Of a DNA stretch of 32,000 bases, positions 19,571 through 28,337 are shown piece after piece (position 1 is the stretch's first letter; each line of letters opens with the position of its first letter). The stretch spans positions 25,072 to 57,071 of the forward strand of contig NZ_JAFRJO010000004.1 in the NCBI RefSeq assembly GCF_017432245.1. The letters run 5' to 3'. Source of the DNA: Methanobrevibacter sp. GTDB lineage: Archaea; Methanobacteriota; Methanobacteria; Methanobacteriales; Methanobacteriaceae. Below the pieces are notes generated by a model. That model was given only the letters and a program-made list of their open reading frames with translations, had not been told where the DNA came from and ran no database searches. A program made the translations under genes and the position numbers.

Positions 19571-20056
19571 ACTTTCTTCTTTTTTTAATCTTTTACTTAT
19601 TTTGCTTTTTCTAATTTTCTATTTTTTATAATTCTTTAATTTATTATATTTTTTAAAAATTTTCAGATATAATTTTAATAATGTATAAATTAACTTTTTT
19701 TTAATTTGATTTTATTTCTTTTTTTATTAATTTTAACTAAAAAATCCTATAATAATTATATTTTGTATATTTTTTAGAATAAAAACTGAATAATTGGCTA
19801 TATTTAAAAATAATACACCATATTTCTTTAAACGCCTATTAAACTATTTTAAAAATGTTCAAAAAATACCAAATTAATTAAAAAAAATGAAAATTTGTTT
19901 GATAATATTAAACAAATAAATAAAAAATTTTATATGCCTTAAACGAGAAATATTTAAAGCACCCACGCAAAAAATTATATTTAACTTAGTTAAGTGGTTA
20001 GGATAATATAAAAAAAATTATCAAAAAATGAATTTGTTTGAAAAAACGGTGATAAT

Positions 20057-20884
20057 ATGAAGAATAAATTTTTTGGAATAATGACAATAATGTTATTATT
20101 AGTAATAATATCAACATTGACAGTTCCAACCGTATTTGCAACAGAGGCAACGGTAGTTGCAAATGCAAGTAGCGGTGACTGTTATAATGTTACTTTTGAA
20201 ACAGAGGGAGATAATTATTCGTCCTATTGTGTGCAGAAAGGTATGACTGTTCCTGAAGTTGACACTGTATATAATGTTGAAGAAAATATAACATCAACTG
20301 AGGTAATAACAGATGTACAAGCTGATAAAGTCAAAATATTCGCTATAAAGTATAGAAATGAAGATTTGACTCATTTTACTGTTAATCCTAAAACAGGAGC
20401 CCTAGGTAAAGAGCTTGATGATGTGACATCAAGACAGTTAATTATTTGGTATCTTATTGGACAAGGAGAAGAAGGATGGTTTAAAACTAATCATGTTAAC
20501 ATAAGCATCATAGAAGATATTAATAAATCATATGCTGATGGATTGAAATATCCGGATAAGGGAACTATTCCTATAAACAACACAACTCAGTTTAATTATA
20601 CTTTCAAGTATTTCAGCAGCAAAGACGGTAGTCTTCAAGATTTCATAGGATGGTTCTTCGTTGAATCTGATATCCCGCCTCAAAATAATGAGACAAACAA
20701 TACAACCAATGAAACACCTCCTCCAAAGAATGAAACAGAACCTCCAATCAATGTGGCTCCAGCAGAGATTCAAAAAACATATACCAAAAAAGTACCAATG
20801 ACTAATGCTGCAGGAAATCCTTTGGGACTATTGGCATTCGCTGGATTAGGTTTAGGACTAACTCTTAGAAGGAGAAGAAACTAG
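20057..20884 (+). CDS. Secreted surface protein with putative Cys-Gln thioester (TQXA-like) domain and C-terminal sorting-like signal
   Basis: Signal peptide MKNKFFGIMTIMLLLVIISTLTVPTVFA; YCVQKG and TSRQLIIWYLIGQGEEGW pairs typical of thioester domains; N/T/P-rich stalk with N-x-S/T sequons; C-term GNPLGLLAFAGLGLGLTLRRRRN. Confidence 0.7.
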   Translation: MKNKFFGIMTIMLLLVIISTLTVPTVFATEATVVANASSGDCYNVTFETEGDNYSSYCVQKGMTVPEVDTVYNVEENITSTEVITDVQADKVKIFAIKYRNEDLTHFTVNPKTGALGKELDDVTSRQLIIWYLIGQGEEGWFKTNHVNISIIEDINKSYADGLKYPDKGTIPINNTTQFNYTFKYFSSKDGSLQDFIGWFFVESDIPPQNNETNNTTNETPPPKNETEPPINVAPAEIQKTYTKKVPMTNAAGNPLGLLAFAGLGLGLTLRRRRN

Positions 20885-20978
20885 ATCAATAACTTGAATT
20901 GATATGAAAGCAAGAACATTATAAAAAAAATCTGAAAATATTTAGAAGATTTTATGAAAAATTTCTTTTAATCTTAAC

Positions 20979-21836
20979 TCATAATGTGCCGATAGCCATG
21001 GTCAAAATATTTCTTAAACCTGGCGCCAATCCTAGTACAAATACTGTTAATTTTAATAGATTTTTTATGGTTGAGTCATCGAAATATTGATCGATAATGT
21101 ATAATACTGCAACGATGACAATAATTTTCATAGGAAATAGGGTGAGATATGTATTGAATAGTTGATTTAGAGCATTTGGTAAAACGTGCTGTTCTGCATA
21201 ATTGAAGTATTCTACTGCAACATAAGTTGTTGATGCATCGAACAGGTGGGTAAGTACGATGGAAAAATCAATTTTATGATCAAGTACTTTTTGAGCAATG
21301 TTAGAGAATACGTAGTCATTATTGTTGTCCATATATTTATTCGTAATGTATAAAACTAAAAATGCGATTCCCATAAAAATCAATGATGATATCATCCAAG
21401 TTGCTAAAACATAAAGTATTGCTGTATAATTTAGACTTGAGAAAAAAATAATGTTGGGAATCATAAAAATTAATCCCATGCAAAATAATGAATATCTATA
21501 ATCAATAGATTTTTTATGAAATAGATAAACGCTGAATAAAAATGAAAAGATTGTAATCAATCCTACAAGAATATATAGTCCAGGAGTGATCAAGAAAACC
21601 GTTTTAGGTAAAATTCCATTATCCACTAAAGCTCGAGTTGATGATCCGAGAAAAATGAATGGGATGATTGAATAGAAAATTGAAAGTGGGTCAATCTCCA
21701 ATTTCTTAAACATTTTGATAATGGCCAATATGAAGATTACTAAAATCAGTGTATAGACTATTGTATTGAAAACAGTGTATCCAGAGAAAAAAGTGCTTTG
21801 TACAAAATCTGGAAGAAAAGTGTCTACAGTAGGCAT
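20979..21836 (-). CDS. DUF63 family multi-pass membrane protein
   Basis: Polytopic; DPLSIFYSIIPFIFLGSSTRALVDNG, LTHLFDASTTYVAVEYFNYAEQHVLPN. Confidence 0.8.
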   Translation of the reverse strand: MPTVDTFLPDFVQSTFFSGYTVFNTIVYTLILVIFILAIIKMFKKLEIDPLSIFYSIIPFIFLGSSTRALVDNGILPKTVFLITPGLYILVGLITIFSFLFSVYLFHKKSIDYRYSLFCMGLIFMIPNIIFFSSLNYTAILYVLATWMISSLIFMGIAFLVLYITNKYMDNNNDYVFSNIAQKVLDHKIDFSIVLTHLFDASTTYVAVEYFNYAEQHVLPNALNQLFNTYLTLFPMKIIVIVAVLYIIDQYFDDSTIKNLLKLTVFVLGLAPGLRNILTMAIGTL

Positions 21837-21876
21837 ATTATCATCAACATATTCATTATAAATTAAAACTTATAGA

Positions 21877-22554
21877 CTACTCTTCTCTTTTTGGATACCT
21901 TCTAAGGACTTTCTTTACAAAGACTTCCTTAGCTATGAGGAAATTGCTTGTTCTATGACCCATTGCCTTACATCGTCTATGTTTAATGGCTTTCAATATG
22001 CCATCTACAGAATCATCTCCTTTGGTGTTGACTTCAGTGAATGCATCTCCTACAGACTTGAGGAAATGAGAGTCACTAGCACCTAAAGTTGCAAGCCTTT
22101 TATTGTATGCCAATGTTTCTGCCTGCTTGTTTGAGTATCCGAAAATGTACCTTGCATTTTTGGTTTCTACACCATCAACAACAAGGTTCTTGTCAACATT
22201 GCAGAAGAGGCCGTGCCTATAATATGAAAATGGATGAGGTACAATAGCAAGCCCACCTGCATCATGAATTCTATCTACAGTCTCTACAGCAGACAATCCT
22301 TTTGGAATGATTTCATCTACACCTAATCCTAAAATATGGCCTTTGTCAGATGATATTTCAATAGATGGGACTACAATGATGTTACCGCCATAAGACCTTG
22401 CAAGTCGTGATCCTTTAATTTCATTATGATCGCTGATTGCAATAGCATCTAATCCCTTCTTTTCAGCTTGTATTAAAATGTCTATAACTTCTGAACGGGA
22501 ATCGCCTGAATAAACACTATGGATATGTGGATCAAATTTCATATTATGCCTCAT
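21877..22554 (-). CDS. PHP-domain metal-dependent phosphoesterase
   Basis: FDPHIHSVYSGDS...IAISDHNEIKGS...VPSIEISSDKGHILGLG...HPFSYYRHG; a second in-frame Met (MKFD) is the likely start. Confidence 0.88.
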   Translation of the reverse strand: MRHNMKFDPHIHSVYSGDSRSEVIDILIQAEKKGLDAIAISDHNEIKGSRLARSYGGNIIVVPSIEISSDKGHILGLGVDEIIPKGLSAVETVDRIHDAGGLAIVPHPFSYYRHGLFCNVDKNLVVDGVETKNARYIFGYSNKQAETLAYNKRLATLGASDSHFLKSVGDAFTEVNTKGDDSVDGILKAIKHRRCKAMGHRTSNFLIAKEVFVKKVLRRYPKREE

Positions 22555-22905
22555 TTTTTCTATTAAATTAAATTGCTATTATTAATATTATCAATTGTTA
22601 TATTAGTATTAATCCATTATAAACTTTTTTTATATCTCCATAAATATTAATGAAAAATTTTACTGATACTCAAAATAAATTGTAAAAAAAATTACTGTAT
22701 ATTCGAAAAAAGTTGCAAGGAAAAATGAAAAAGTAACTAGGAAATGATGAAATTTGAGAAAAAAATTACTGAATAAAGGTTAAAAGTAACTGAAAAAATT
22801 AAAAAAATAGGAAAAATGTATGTAAATAAATAAGATAAATAAAATTATTATTAATTTTATTATATTTTTAAAAATCATTAGATTATAATTATATTAATAA
22901 TTTTA

Positions 22906-23964
22906 TTATTCTTTTCTTAAGAATTCCATGGATTTTACAAGGCCAACAGTGCCTGTCATCATCACATCTCCACCAGGAGCTGCATGATAATAGTCAAGAT
23001 TAGTGCCTTCTATCAATGCTCTTTTTGGGCCAGCTACGATAACTTTTTCCAATTTGGAAATAGGATTCAATGCAAATGCACCGTGCCCTCCTTCACCATG
23101 AACGTCCTCGTGCTTAATTGTTCCATCAGCAAGGGCTAAAACAAGCTCTTCAAGTCTTTGAGAGGTCAAATCTCTTGTGTGGTGCTCGAATACACCCTGT
23201 ATTTTACCATCTTCAATTGACGCTACAGTAGTATGTCCATTGCCTATATCCATAACAACAAAGCTATTTAACTTTAGAACTTCCTTATCGTAACATACTC
23301 CAGCGATTGATGCAAACTTGGTATCCATTAGAACTGGTTTAAATTCAGGGTTTTCTTTAGCTAATGACTTTATGACAGATTGCATTCTTGTAAAGTATTC
23401 AGGAACTTCTTCAGCTTCCATTGCAAAAGTTTCAGGCTCCATAGGTTCTGGGAGCTTTTCCTTGATTTTCTCGAATCTGAAGTCCCTGTCTCCCATATCC
23501 TCACTGTATCCATGATCTTGAACAGCTACAATGAGCTCATCCACATTCAAGTCAAGGTCAAATGAAGAGAATATATCAATCAAATGATTTACATCCACAT
23601 CCTTTAAAGATATTTTTGCATAATTTGAATAGCTTGAATCGTTTTCGTATGCATTGTCCTCTGCTATTTCAAATCCATATGACTTTACCTGTTCTATATT
23701 GTCACGGATTGTTCTTGCTGCCAAATCCTCGAAAGCAATCTTATATCCTTTTTCCATATGCTCAAGGCATCTATCCTTGATCTTTCCTCCACCCATGATG
23801 ACACCATCAAAATAAATGTCACTTTCACATTCAGATATCATCTGGCCAATGGTTAAATGAGGAGAGGGAATAACCAATTTCATTGAATTTTCAATCTCTT
23901 TTTCACTGTCATACAATAAAACGTCTTCTGTGCCAGTTCCTACATCAATAGCTAAAATTTTCAT
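22906..23964 (-). CDS. DUF1786 family (ASKHA-like) protein
   Basis: ILAIDVGTGTEDVLLYD, VVMDIGNGHTTVASIEDGKIQGVFEHHT, HAAPGGDVMMTGTVGLVKS. Confidence 0.82.
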   Translation of the reverse strand: MKILAIDVGTGTEDVLLYDSEKEIENSMKLVIPSPHLTIGQMISECESDIYFDGVIMGGGKIKDRCLEHMEKGYKIAFEDLAARTIRDNIEQVKSYGFEIAEDNAYENDSSYSNYAKISLKDVDVNHLIDIFSSFDLDLNVDELIVAVQDHGYSEDMGDRDFRFEKIKEKLPEPMEPETFAMEAEEVPEYFTRMQSVIKSLAKENPEFKPVLMDTKFASIAGVCYDKEVLKLNSFVVMDIGNGHTTVASIEDGKIQGVFEHHTRDLTSQRLEELVLALADGTIKHEDVHGEGGHGAFALNPISKLEKVIVAGPKRALIEGTNLDYYHAAPGGDVMMTGTVGLVKSMEFLRKE

Positions 23965-24069
23965 AGTTTTCTATTTGTTTTAAAAATATTTAAGTTTTTT
24001 ATAAATCTTGAAAAAGCTTGAAAAGAACTCTGAAAAACTAAGAAAAATATTTTATTTTAAATACTATAA

Positions 24070-24125
24070 TGTACAAATATGTACTACAAAGCTTTATATA
24101 GTTCATTATACATAATATTAGTACA
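24070..24125 (+). promoter_or_regulatory. Candidate TrpY-type TRP boxes and TATA element upstream of trpB2
   Basis: TGTACA 24070-24075, TGTACT 24080-24085, TTTATATA 24093-24100, AGTACA 24120-24125; GTACA-AATA-TGTAC inverted pair. Confidence 0.5.
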
Positions 24126-24205
24126 GAACGATTAAGATTACAATCTTATTACAATCTTAAGAAAATTTTTACAAAAAGATTATTTAAAAAACAAAATGTG
24201 ATAAT

Positions 24206-25507
24206 ATGCAATATAGAATTGATTTAACTAACGATGAAGTACCAACCAAATGGTATAATATTAACGCTGATTTACCTGTAGAACTTCCTGCTCCTAAAAA
24301 CAGTGAAGGAAAAGATCAAATAGGCACATTGCCTCAAATATTCGTAAACGAATGTCTTAATCAAGAGTTCGCTACTGACAGATACATAAGTATCCCAAAA
24401 GAGGTAAGAGAACTCTACCAAAGATTAGGAAGACCTACTCCTTTAGTTAGAGCAAAAGGACTTGAAGAAAAACTTAATACGCCTGCAAAAATCTATTATA
24501 AGCGGGAAGACACTTCTCCTACTGGAAGTCACAAGCTAAACAGTGCAATAGCTCAGGCATACTATGCTAAAAAGGAAGGTATTGAAAGAATTACCACAGA
24601 AACCGGTGCAGGGCAATGGGGTACTGCTTTATCCCTTGCAGCTTCCATGATGGGAATCGATTGTACCGTATACATGGTAAGGGTTTCATATGACCAAAAG
24701 CCTTTCAGAAAAACTATCATGCAATTGTATGATGGAGAGGTTCATGCTTCCCCAAGTGAAAATACTGAAGTAGGAAGGAAAGTTCTTGCAGAACATCCAG
24801 ACACTCCAGGTTCCCTTGGAATAGCTATTTCTGAAGCTGTAGAAGATGCTTTAACTGATGATAAAGTAAAATACACCTTAGGAAGTGTATTGAACCACGT
24901 TATCTTGCATCAAACCACAATTGGTCAAGAAATCAAGATTCAATTGGAAAAAGTTGAAGAAGAGCCAGACACAATGATTGCTTGTGTTGGTGGAGGAAGT
25001 AACTTTGGAGGATCCTTGTTCCCATTCATTAAAGACAAGATTCAAGGTAACACCGACACTGAATTCATAGCTGTAGAACCTTCTGCATGCCCTACATTGA
25101 CTCAAGGAGAATACAGATACGACTTTGGTGATGAAGTGGGATTCACTCCTCTCTTGAAGATGTTTACATTAGGACACAACTTCGTTGCTCCTTCTGTACA
25201 TGCAGGTGGACTTAGATACCACGGTATGAACACACAAGTGTCCTTGCTTAGAGACTTAGGCTACATCAATCCAGTTGCTGTTCACCAAAGAGATGTATTT
25301 GCAGCAGGTAAAATGTTTGCATTGTGTGAAGGAGTCATTCCAGCACCTGAAACAAACCATGCAATCAAGGCAGCTATTGATGAAGCTAAAAAATGTAAGG
25401 AAACTGGTGAAGAAAAAACCATTGTTGTTAACTTCTCAGGCCATGGTTTAATGGACTTTAAAGGTTACGCAAGTTATATGGATGGATCTATGGAAAACTC
25501 CAAATAG
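24206..25507 (+). CDS. trpB2: TrpB2-type tryptophan synthase beta chain (TrpB-like PLP enzyme)
   Basis: YYKREDTSPTGSHKLNSAIAQ (PLP lysine), ETGAGQWGTALS, CVGGGSNFGG, long TrpB2-type N-terminus (IPKEVRELYQRLGRPTPLVRAKGLEEKL). No adjacent trpA. Confidence 0.95.
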   Translation: MQYRIDLTNDEVPTKWYNINADLPVELPAPKNSEGKDQIGTLPQIFVNECLNQEFATDRYISIPKEVRELYQRLGRPTPLVRAKGLEEKLNTPAKIYYKREDTSPTGSHKLNSAIAQAYYAKKEGIERITTETGAGQWGTALSLAASMMGIDCTVYMVRVSYDQKPFRKTIMQLYDGEVHASPSENTEVGRKVLAEHPDTPGSLGIAISEAVEDALTDDKVKYTLGSVLNHVILHQTTIGQEIKIQLEKVEEEPDTMIACVGGGSNFGGSLFPFIKDKIQGNTDTEFIAVEPSACPTLTQGEYRYDFGDEVGFTPLLKMFTLGHNFVAPSVHAGGLRYHGMNTQVSLLRDLGYINPVAVHQRDVFAAGKMFALCEGVIPAPETNHAIKAAIDEAKKCKETGEEKTIVVNFSGHGLMDFKGYASYMDGSMENSK

Positions 25508-25549
25508 ATTTCCATTCTATTATTTTTTTTTATGATAATTTTTAGTTAT

Positions 25550-25783
25550 AAGTTATAAGTTATAACTAATAACTTATAAAATATAAGAAATAACTTAAAA
25601 ATAAAAACTTATAAATGATAAATTATAAAGTAAAAGTAATAAGATATAACTTAAAACTTATATAGTATAACTTATAAATTATAATATATAAGTAATAACT
25701 AGGAAGTAATAACTTACAAATAATAACAAATAAGTTTTAAGAAAAAACTTCTAAGTTATTCCAAGTTATTCATTATAAGTTAT
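25550..25783. repeat. Cluster of ten AAGTTAT/ATAACTT heptamers upstream of parA
   Basis: AAGTTAT at 25550, 25557, 25753, 25763, 25777; ATAACTT at 25569, 25590, 25646, 25667, 25709 (start coordinates, counted by eye). Confidence 0.75.
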
Positions 25784-25837
25784 AAAATTTAAGAAATCAC
25801 TTTATTTTAAGAAAAAATACTAAGGAGAATTAATATA

Positions 25838-26611
25838 ATGGGAGAAACTATTGCCGTAATGAATCAAAAAGGCGGATGTGGGAAGACTACAACTGTAGTT
25901 AATTTGGCAACATCACTTGCAGCTATGGGAAAGGCCGTCCTTGTAGTCGATATGGATCCGCAAGCTAACGCTACAACAAGTTTTGGAATTAATAAAACAG
26001 AAATCAAGAAGACAGTATACACTGCTTTAGTAAACGAATGCAGTGTTCAAAAAGCTACAATTCCAACAAAAATTGAAAACCTATTCATACTTCCAAGCAA
26101 TATCGACTTAAGCGGTATTGAAGTGGAATTAAGCAAGGAAGCTAACTATCATATAGCTTTAAAGAACTTGCTTGAACCTATTAAAGGCATCTTTGATTAC
26201 ATTATAATAGACTTGCCACCATCTCTTGGAATAATAACAATAAATTCACTAATAGCTGCAGACAGCGTATTGATACCGATTCAAGCTGAATATTTTGCAC
26301 TTGAAGGATTGGCCGACCTGATGAATACAATCAAACTTGTGGAAACAAGATTAAGAAGCCCGACACCAATCAAGGGAATACTTCTAACATTGTATGATGC
26401 AAGAACCAGATTAGGAAGGGAAGTCTATTCCGAGCTAAAAAAATACTTCAAGGACAAGGAATACGTATTCAATACAGTCATTCCAAGAAACATACGTTTG
26501 GCAGAAGCTCCAAGTTATGGAAAACCATGTATTGTCTATGATCCAGAAAGCAAAGGTGCAATAGCTTACTTGAAACTTGCTAAGGAAATATTGGAAAGGG
26601 ATGGAAACTGA
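25838..26611 (+). CDS. parA: ParA/Soj-family chromosome-partitioning-like ATPase
   Basis: MNQKGGCGKTTTVVNLATSLA deviant Walker A, VVDMDPQANATTSFG, IIIDLPPSLG, VFNTVIPRNIRLAEAPSYGKP. AGGAG RBS. Confidence 0.95.
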   Translation: MGETIAVMNQKGGCGKTTTVVNLATSLAAMGKAVLVVDMDPQANATTSFGINKTEIKKTVYTALVNECSVQKATIPTKIENLFILPSNIDLSGIEVELSKEANYHIALKNLLEPIKGIFDYIIIDLPPSLGIITINSLIAADSVLIPIQAEYFALEGLADLMNTIKLVETRLRSPTPIKGILLTLYDARTRLGREVYSELKKYFKDKEYVFNTVIPRNIRLAEAPSYGKPCIVYDPESKGAIAYLKLAKEILERDGN

Positions 26612-26716
26612 AAAATAAAAAATAGAAAGAGAAAGAGAGTTATTGAATTAAAATAGGAATATGATACTTGATGATTACAATAATGATTTTTATATAACAC
26701 GAAAGGGTTTGATGAA

Positions 26717-27361
26717 ATGGCTAAAAAGGAAAAGAATACAGGATTAGGAAGAGGATTGGATTCATTGATTCCAAAAATAGAAGAGAAAGATTTTGAAGAA
26801 GGCATCAGTCTTGAGGATATGTTAAGGGAATCCGAAGAGGAATCAAAAACATTTGAAGAACTGGTTGAAGAAGTTGAAGAGGAATTCGATGGTGAAGATG
26901 AACTTCAAGTTTTAGAAAAATCAGCAGATGTTGAAGAGGAAAAAGTAGAAGAAAGTTCAGAGTACACAAATGTTTTCTTCAATGATGATGAGAAACCACC
27001 AGAAAATGGTGCAAAAGATGAAGAAAAAATCAGCTCAGAAAAAAGTGTAGAAATAATTGATTCTACAGTTAATTTAAATGAAGAAAGTGATGCAACTAGT
27101 GAAATAATTAAAGCTTCAGATGATTTAAAAGAAGTTGGTAGTCTTCTTTCAGAAAAAGAGGAGAAACTGATAGATGAAGTCATCGAAACTGTGGAAAATA
27201 ATCCAAGAATCACTTTATGGTCTGCAAGATCAGCGGCTGTACTAAGGTACTTGAGAAAAACCGAACCTGAATTCAGCATAAGCAGTGAAGCATCAAACTT
27301 GATAGATGCTGCAATAGCTGAAAAGTATCCTGAAATCTGGACATTGTTTAATCATTTGTAA
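26717..27361 (+). CDS. Putative ParA partner: ParB-like N-terminal peptide, acidic linker, small C-terminal domain
   Basis: N-term KNTGLGRGLDSLIPKIEEK matches the ParB/Spo0J N-terminal motif; then about 110 aa acidic low-complexity; C-term SARSAAVLRYLRKTEPEFSISSEASNLIDAAIAEKYPEIW. No ParB nuclease/CTPase or KorB HTH motifs seen. Confidence 0.8.
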   Translation: MAKKEKNTGLGRGLDSLIPKIEEKDFEEGISLEDMLRESEEESKTFEELVEEVEEEFDGEDELQVLEKSADVEEEKVEESSEYTNVFFNDDEKPPENGAKDEEKISSEKSVEIIDSTVNLNEESDATSEIIKASDDLKEVGSLLSEKEEKLIDEVIETVENNPRITLWSARSAAVLRYLRKTEPEFSISSEASNLIDAAIAEKYPEIWTLFNHL

Positions 27362-27534
27362 GATACTTACATGATTTAGAATTATGATTATCCACTTAAC
27401 ATCAATAAATCAAAGGATTGGTAGATGATTGGAATCTGTTTTTAAATGGATTCCTTTATCTATCAATTAAGAAGATTAACAAATTTTATATTAATTTAAA
27501 AATAGCTAACTAAAATTAAAACACGGGGATTAAA

Positions 27535-28293
27535 ATGAAATTAGGATTTTCACTTCTTTCACTTTTCATGAAAGATGTAAATGAAATGCTTGATATGGCA
27601 GTAGAAAAGGGCTTTGATAGTGTTGAACTCTTGGCTGAAGGTCCATACAGACCAGATGAAATGCTTGGAAAAAAGGAAATCACAGAAGTGTTTCACTCAT
27701 ATGACTTGGATGTCTATATGCATGCAGTAAATGTTGACATAAACCTTGCAAGCTTAAATACAGGAATTCGTAAGGAATCTGTGAAACAGACAAAGGATTG
27801 CCTTGACCTTGCAGATGAGATAGGTGCTATAGGCATAACAGCCCATCCTGGTAAAATAGGAAGGCCTGAAAAATACCTAAGGGACATGGCACTTGAGTTC
27901 CTTACAGAATCCACCCATGAACTTGTGGCCTATGCTGAAGACAAGGAAGCAAAAATATCCATAGAAAACATGCCAGAACGTTTTTCCTATCTTGGAAACC
28001 GTGCTTATGAATTGGAAAACCTCACCAATGAGACCGGTTGCAACATTACAATAGATTTAGGTCATGTCAATACTTGTGAAGATCAAGAAAGTTTCTTCAA
28101 GATTCCTAATATCCTATATAACCATATAAATGACAATGATGGGATAAAGGATAAGCACCAGGCAGTAGGTGACGGAACTCTTGACTTGAATCTGTTGAAG
28201 CATGTGAAGCATGGAATTATCGAATTGAATAATTTCGATAATGTAATGAAAAGTAAAAAAGTGATTGAAGATTTCTTAAGCGAAAATAAATAG
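27535..28293 (+). CDS. Sugar phosphate isomerase/epimerase-like TIM-barrel protein (xylose isomerase-like/AP endonuclease 2 superfamily)
   Basis: GFDSVELLAEGPYR, GITAHPGKIG, ISIENMPERFSYLG, TIDLGHVNT, HINDNDGIKDKHQAVGDGTLD. Confidence 0.88.
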   Translation: MKLGFSLLSLFMKDVNEMLDMAVEKGFDSVELLAEGPYRPDEMLGKKEITEVFHSYDLDVYMHAVNVDINLASLNTGIRKESVKQTKDCLDLADEIGAIGITAHPGKIGRPEKYLRDMALEFLTESTHELVAYAEDKEAKISIENMPERFSYLGNRAYELENLTNETGCNITIDLGHVNTCEDQESFFKIPNILYNHINDNDGIKDKHQAVGDGTLDLNLLKHVKHGIIELNNFDNVMKSKKVIEDFLSENK

Positions 28294-28337
28294 AATAATA
28301 AAAAAGAAAATAATTGAAAAAAGATTGAAGATTTTGA

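Noticed and set aside
19986-20000. Short palindrome TTAACT-T-AGTTAA upstream of the surface-protein gene
   Set aside because: Loop of one base and highly AT-rich; expected by chance at this composition.
24206-25507. Trp biosynthetic operon
   Set aside because: Only a TrpB2-type gene is present; neighbours (DUF1786, parA) are unrelated, so no operon call.
26905-27279. 124-aa minus-strand ORF inside the ParA-partner gene
   Set aside because: The antisense of the Glu/Asp-rich linker yields Ser/Phe/Leu-rich peptide; no independent RBS or motif support.
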